A program made the translations under genes and the position numbers. A stretch of 18,055 nucleotides of DNA from Acidobacteriota bacterium. GTDB lineage: Bacteria > Acidobacteriota > UBA6911 > JACQSX01. Below are positions 16,843 to 18,055 of the stretch, in pieces. The notes beneath the pieces are model-generated. The model searched no databases. It was not told the DNA's origin and saw only the letters and a program-made list of their open reading frames with translations. The stretch's first letter is position 1; every line of letters begins with the position of its first letter. The stretch lies in contig DASXQR010000180.1 of the NCBI GenBank assembly GCA_036507075.1, positions 1 to 18,055 on the forward strand. The letters are read 5' to 3'.

Positions 16843-17952
16843 ATGCTATTTCTATTGTGGGTGGCGTTGATTACGCCGTCCCAGAATGCGTCGGCTGCTC
16901 TGACGACCCGCTTTGCTCACGCCGTAGAGCTTCAACATCAAGGGAACTTCGCCGAGGCCGAAGCGGAATATCGGGCGATTCTGAAGCTCAATCCTGATTA
17001 CCCGGAGGCCCATGCCAATCTGGGCGCAGTACTGATGCGGTTGGACCGCTACCAGGAGGCGGTCGAATCTTACCAGACGGCGCTGCGGCTGGCGCCTCAT
17101 CTTTCCCCCGTGCTGCTGAACCTGGGCATCGCCCATTATCGAAAGGAAGACTTCAGCAAGGCGGCGGAATCCTTTAGAAAATTTCTGGAAGCATCACCCG
17201 GACAGTTCCAGGCCACACAGTTGCTCGGCCTGTCCCTGGTGGAACTGGGACGCGACCAGGAAGCCCTGCAGTATCTGGAACAGGCGCGCGCCGCCGCTCC
17301 TGACGATGCTTCCACCCTGTACGCCACCGGGCTGGCCTTTCTCCGTCTGAAACGTCTGGGCCTCGACCAGATCATCCGGCATCTTTCCCAAGTCGAAGGA
17401 GGACTGCCGGCTTCCCACCTGCTGGCCGGAGAAGATTTGCTCTCCCGCTTTGAGTTCGAGCGAGCCGCCGCGGAGCTGGAAACCGCCGCCAGGCTCAATT
17501 CCAGCCTGCCGCGCCTGCAGTACTCGCTCGGTCTGGCCTACTTCAAGCTGGGCCGAAATAGAGACGCGCTGGCGGCCTTTTCACAGGAGATCGCTCGTCA
17601 CCCGAAAGACTTTTCCACGCTTTATTACCTGGCCAACCTGCACGAGGCGGAGGGAAATCTTGTTGCGGCGCAGAAGGAAATCGATGCCGCACTGGCTCTG
17701 GATCCGGATTCCGCTGAAGCAAGCGCGCTGCTGGGTAAGATCCGAAGCAAGGCAGGAAAACCAAACGAAGCATTACCGGCGCTGGAATCTGCTGTTGCTA
17801 GGGACCCGAACGACCCGGAAAAGCGTTATCTGCTGGCGCGCGCTTACCAGCAGGCAGGACGGAAGGAGGAGGCAAGCAAACAATTCGCCGAGGTGCAGCG
17901 ACTGAAGCGCGAACAACTGGAGAAAGACCGCCGGGCGATGCCCAAGCCATAA
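16843..17952 (+). CDS. Exported multi-TPR protein
   Basis: Short hydrophobic signal ending ASA-A; about 9-10 TPR units (e.g. EAHANLGAVLMRLDRYQEAVESYQTALRLAP, RLQYSLGLAYFKLG, KRYLLARAYQQAG). In-frame TAA at 16831 bounds the start. Confidence 0.92.
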   Translation: MLFLLWVALITPSQNASAALTTRFAHAVELQHQGNFAEAEAEYRAILKLNPDYPEAHANLGAVLMRLDRYQEAVESYQTALRLAPHLSPVLLNLGIAHYRKEDFSKAAESFRKFLEASPGQFQATQLLGLSLVELGRDQEALQYLEQARAAAPDDASTLYATGLAFLRLKRLGLDQIIRHLSQVEGGLPASHLLAGEDLLSRFEFERAAAELETAARLNSSLPRLQYSLGLAYFKLGRNRDALAAFSQEIARHPKDFSTLYYLANLHEAEGNLVAAQKEIDAALALDPDSAEASALLGKIRSKAGKPNEALPALESAVARDPNDPEKRYLLARAYQQAGRKEEASKQFAEVQRLKREQLEKDRRAMPKP

Positions 17953-17972
17953 ACTCTATACTCTGGCACCAA

Positions 17973-18051
17973 CCGCAGTAAGGTCGCGGCGCGCCGCAGA
18001 TAAAGTCATCGACACAGCCGCAGTACCGCGATCCGTAAGGTCGCGGCGCGC
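17973..18051 (+). repeat. Two direct copies of the REP-like GTAA-loop unit, the first internally deleted
   Basis: 18021-18051 CAGTACCGCGATCCGTAAGGTCGCGGCGCGC is 31/31 identical to 4317-4347. 17973-17995 CCGCAGTAAGGTCGCGGCGCGCC is the same unit lacking 12 nt. Confidence 0.9.
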
Positions 18052-18055
18052 TGGC

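Noticed and set aside
17973..18055. CRISPR array call
   Set aside because: Only two copies are visible, the same unit occurs as an inverted doublet at 4299-4494 (REP-like behaviour), and there are no cas genes in the window.

Overview
GC-rich (~55-60%) bacterial window with seven co-oriented (+) genes, all predicted to be exported. The gene content is typical of Acidobacteria (inferred, not proven). Order: a plug-barrel TonB-dependent receptor (66-2426); an uncharacterised secreted protein with propeller-like repeats and an acidic-motif helical domain, possibly a carbohydrate-active enzyme (2433-4226); a 566-bp regulatory/repeat gap; three tandem divergent ~1120-1220 aa Oar-like TonB-dependent transporters (4793-8161, 8241-11783, 11884-15555); and two TPR proteins (15725-16729, 16843-17952). 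No SusD, TonB/ExbBD, regulator, transposase, cas gene or RNA gene is visible. The most striking non-coding signal is that every gene junction carries a repeat element. These include CAC-core 8-mer palindromes, a GTCGAAA/GACTTTT palindrome, a CACGAA/TTCGTG palindrome and a REP/REPIN-like GTAA-loop hairpin with a compensatory base change. One palindrome appears to encode the signal peptide of the 597-aa protein. All sequence comparisons were done by eye and no database searches were run.
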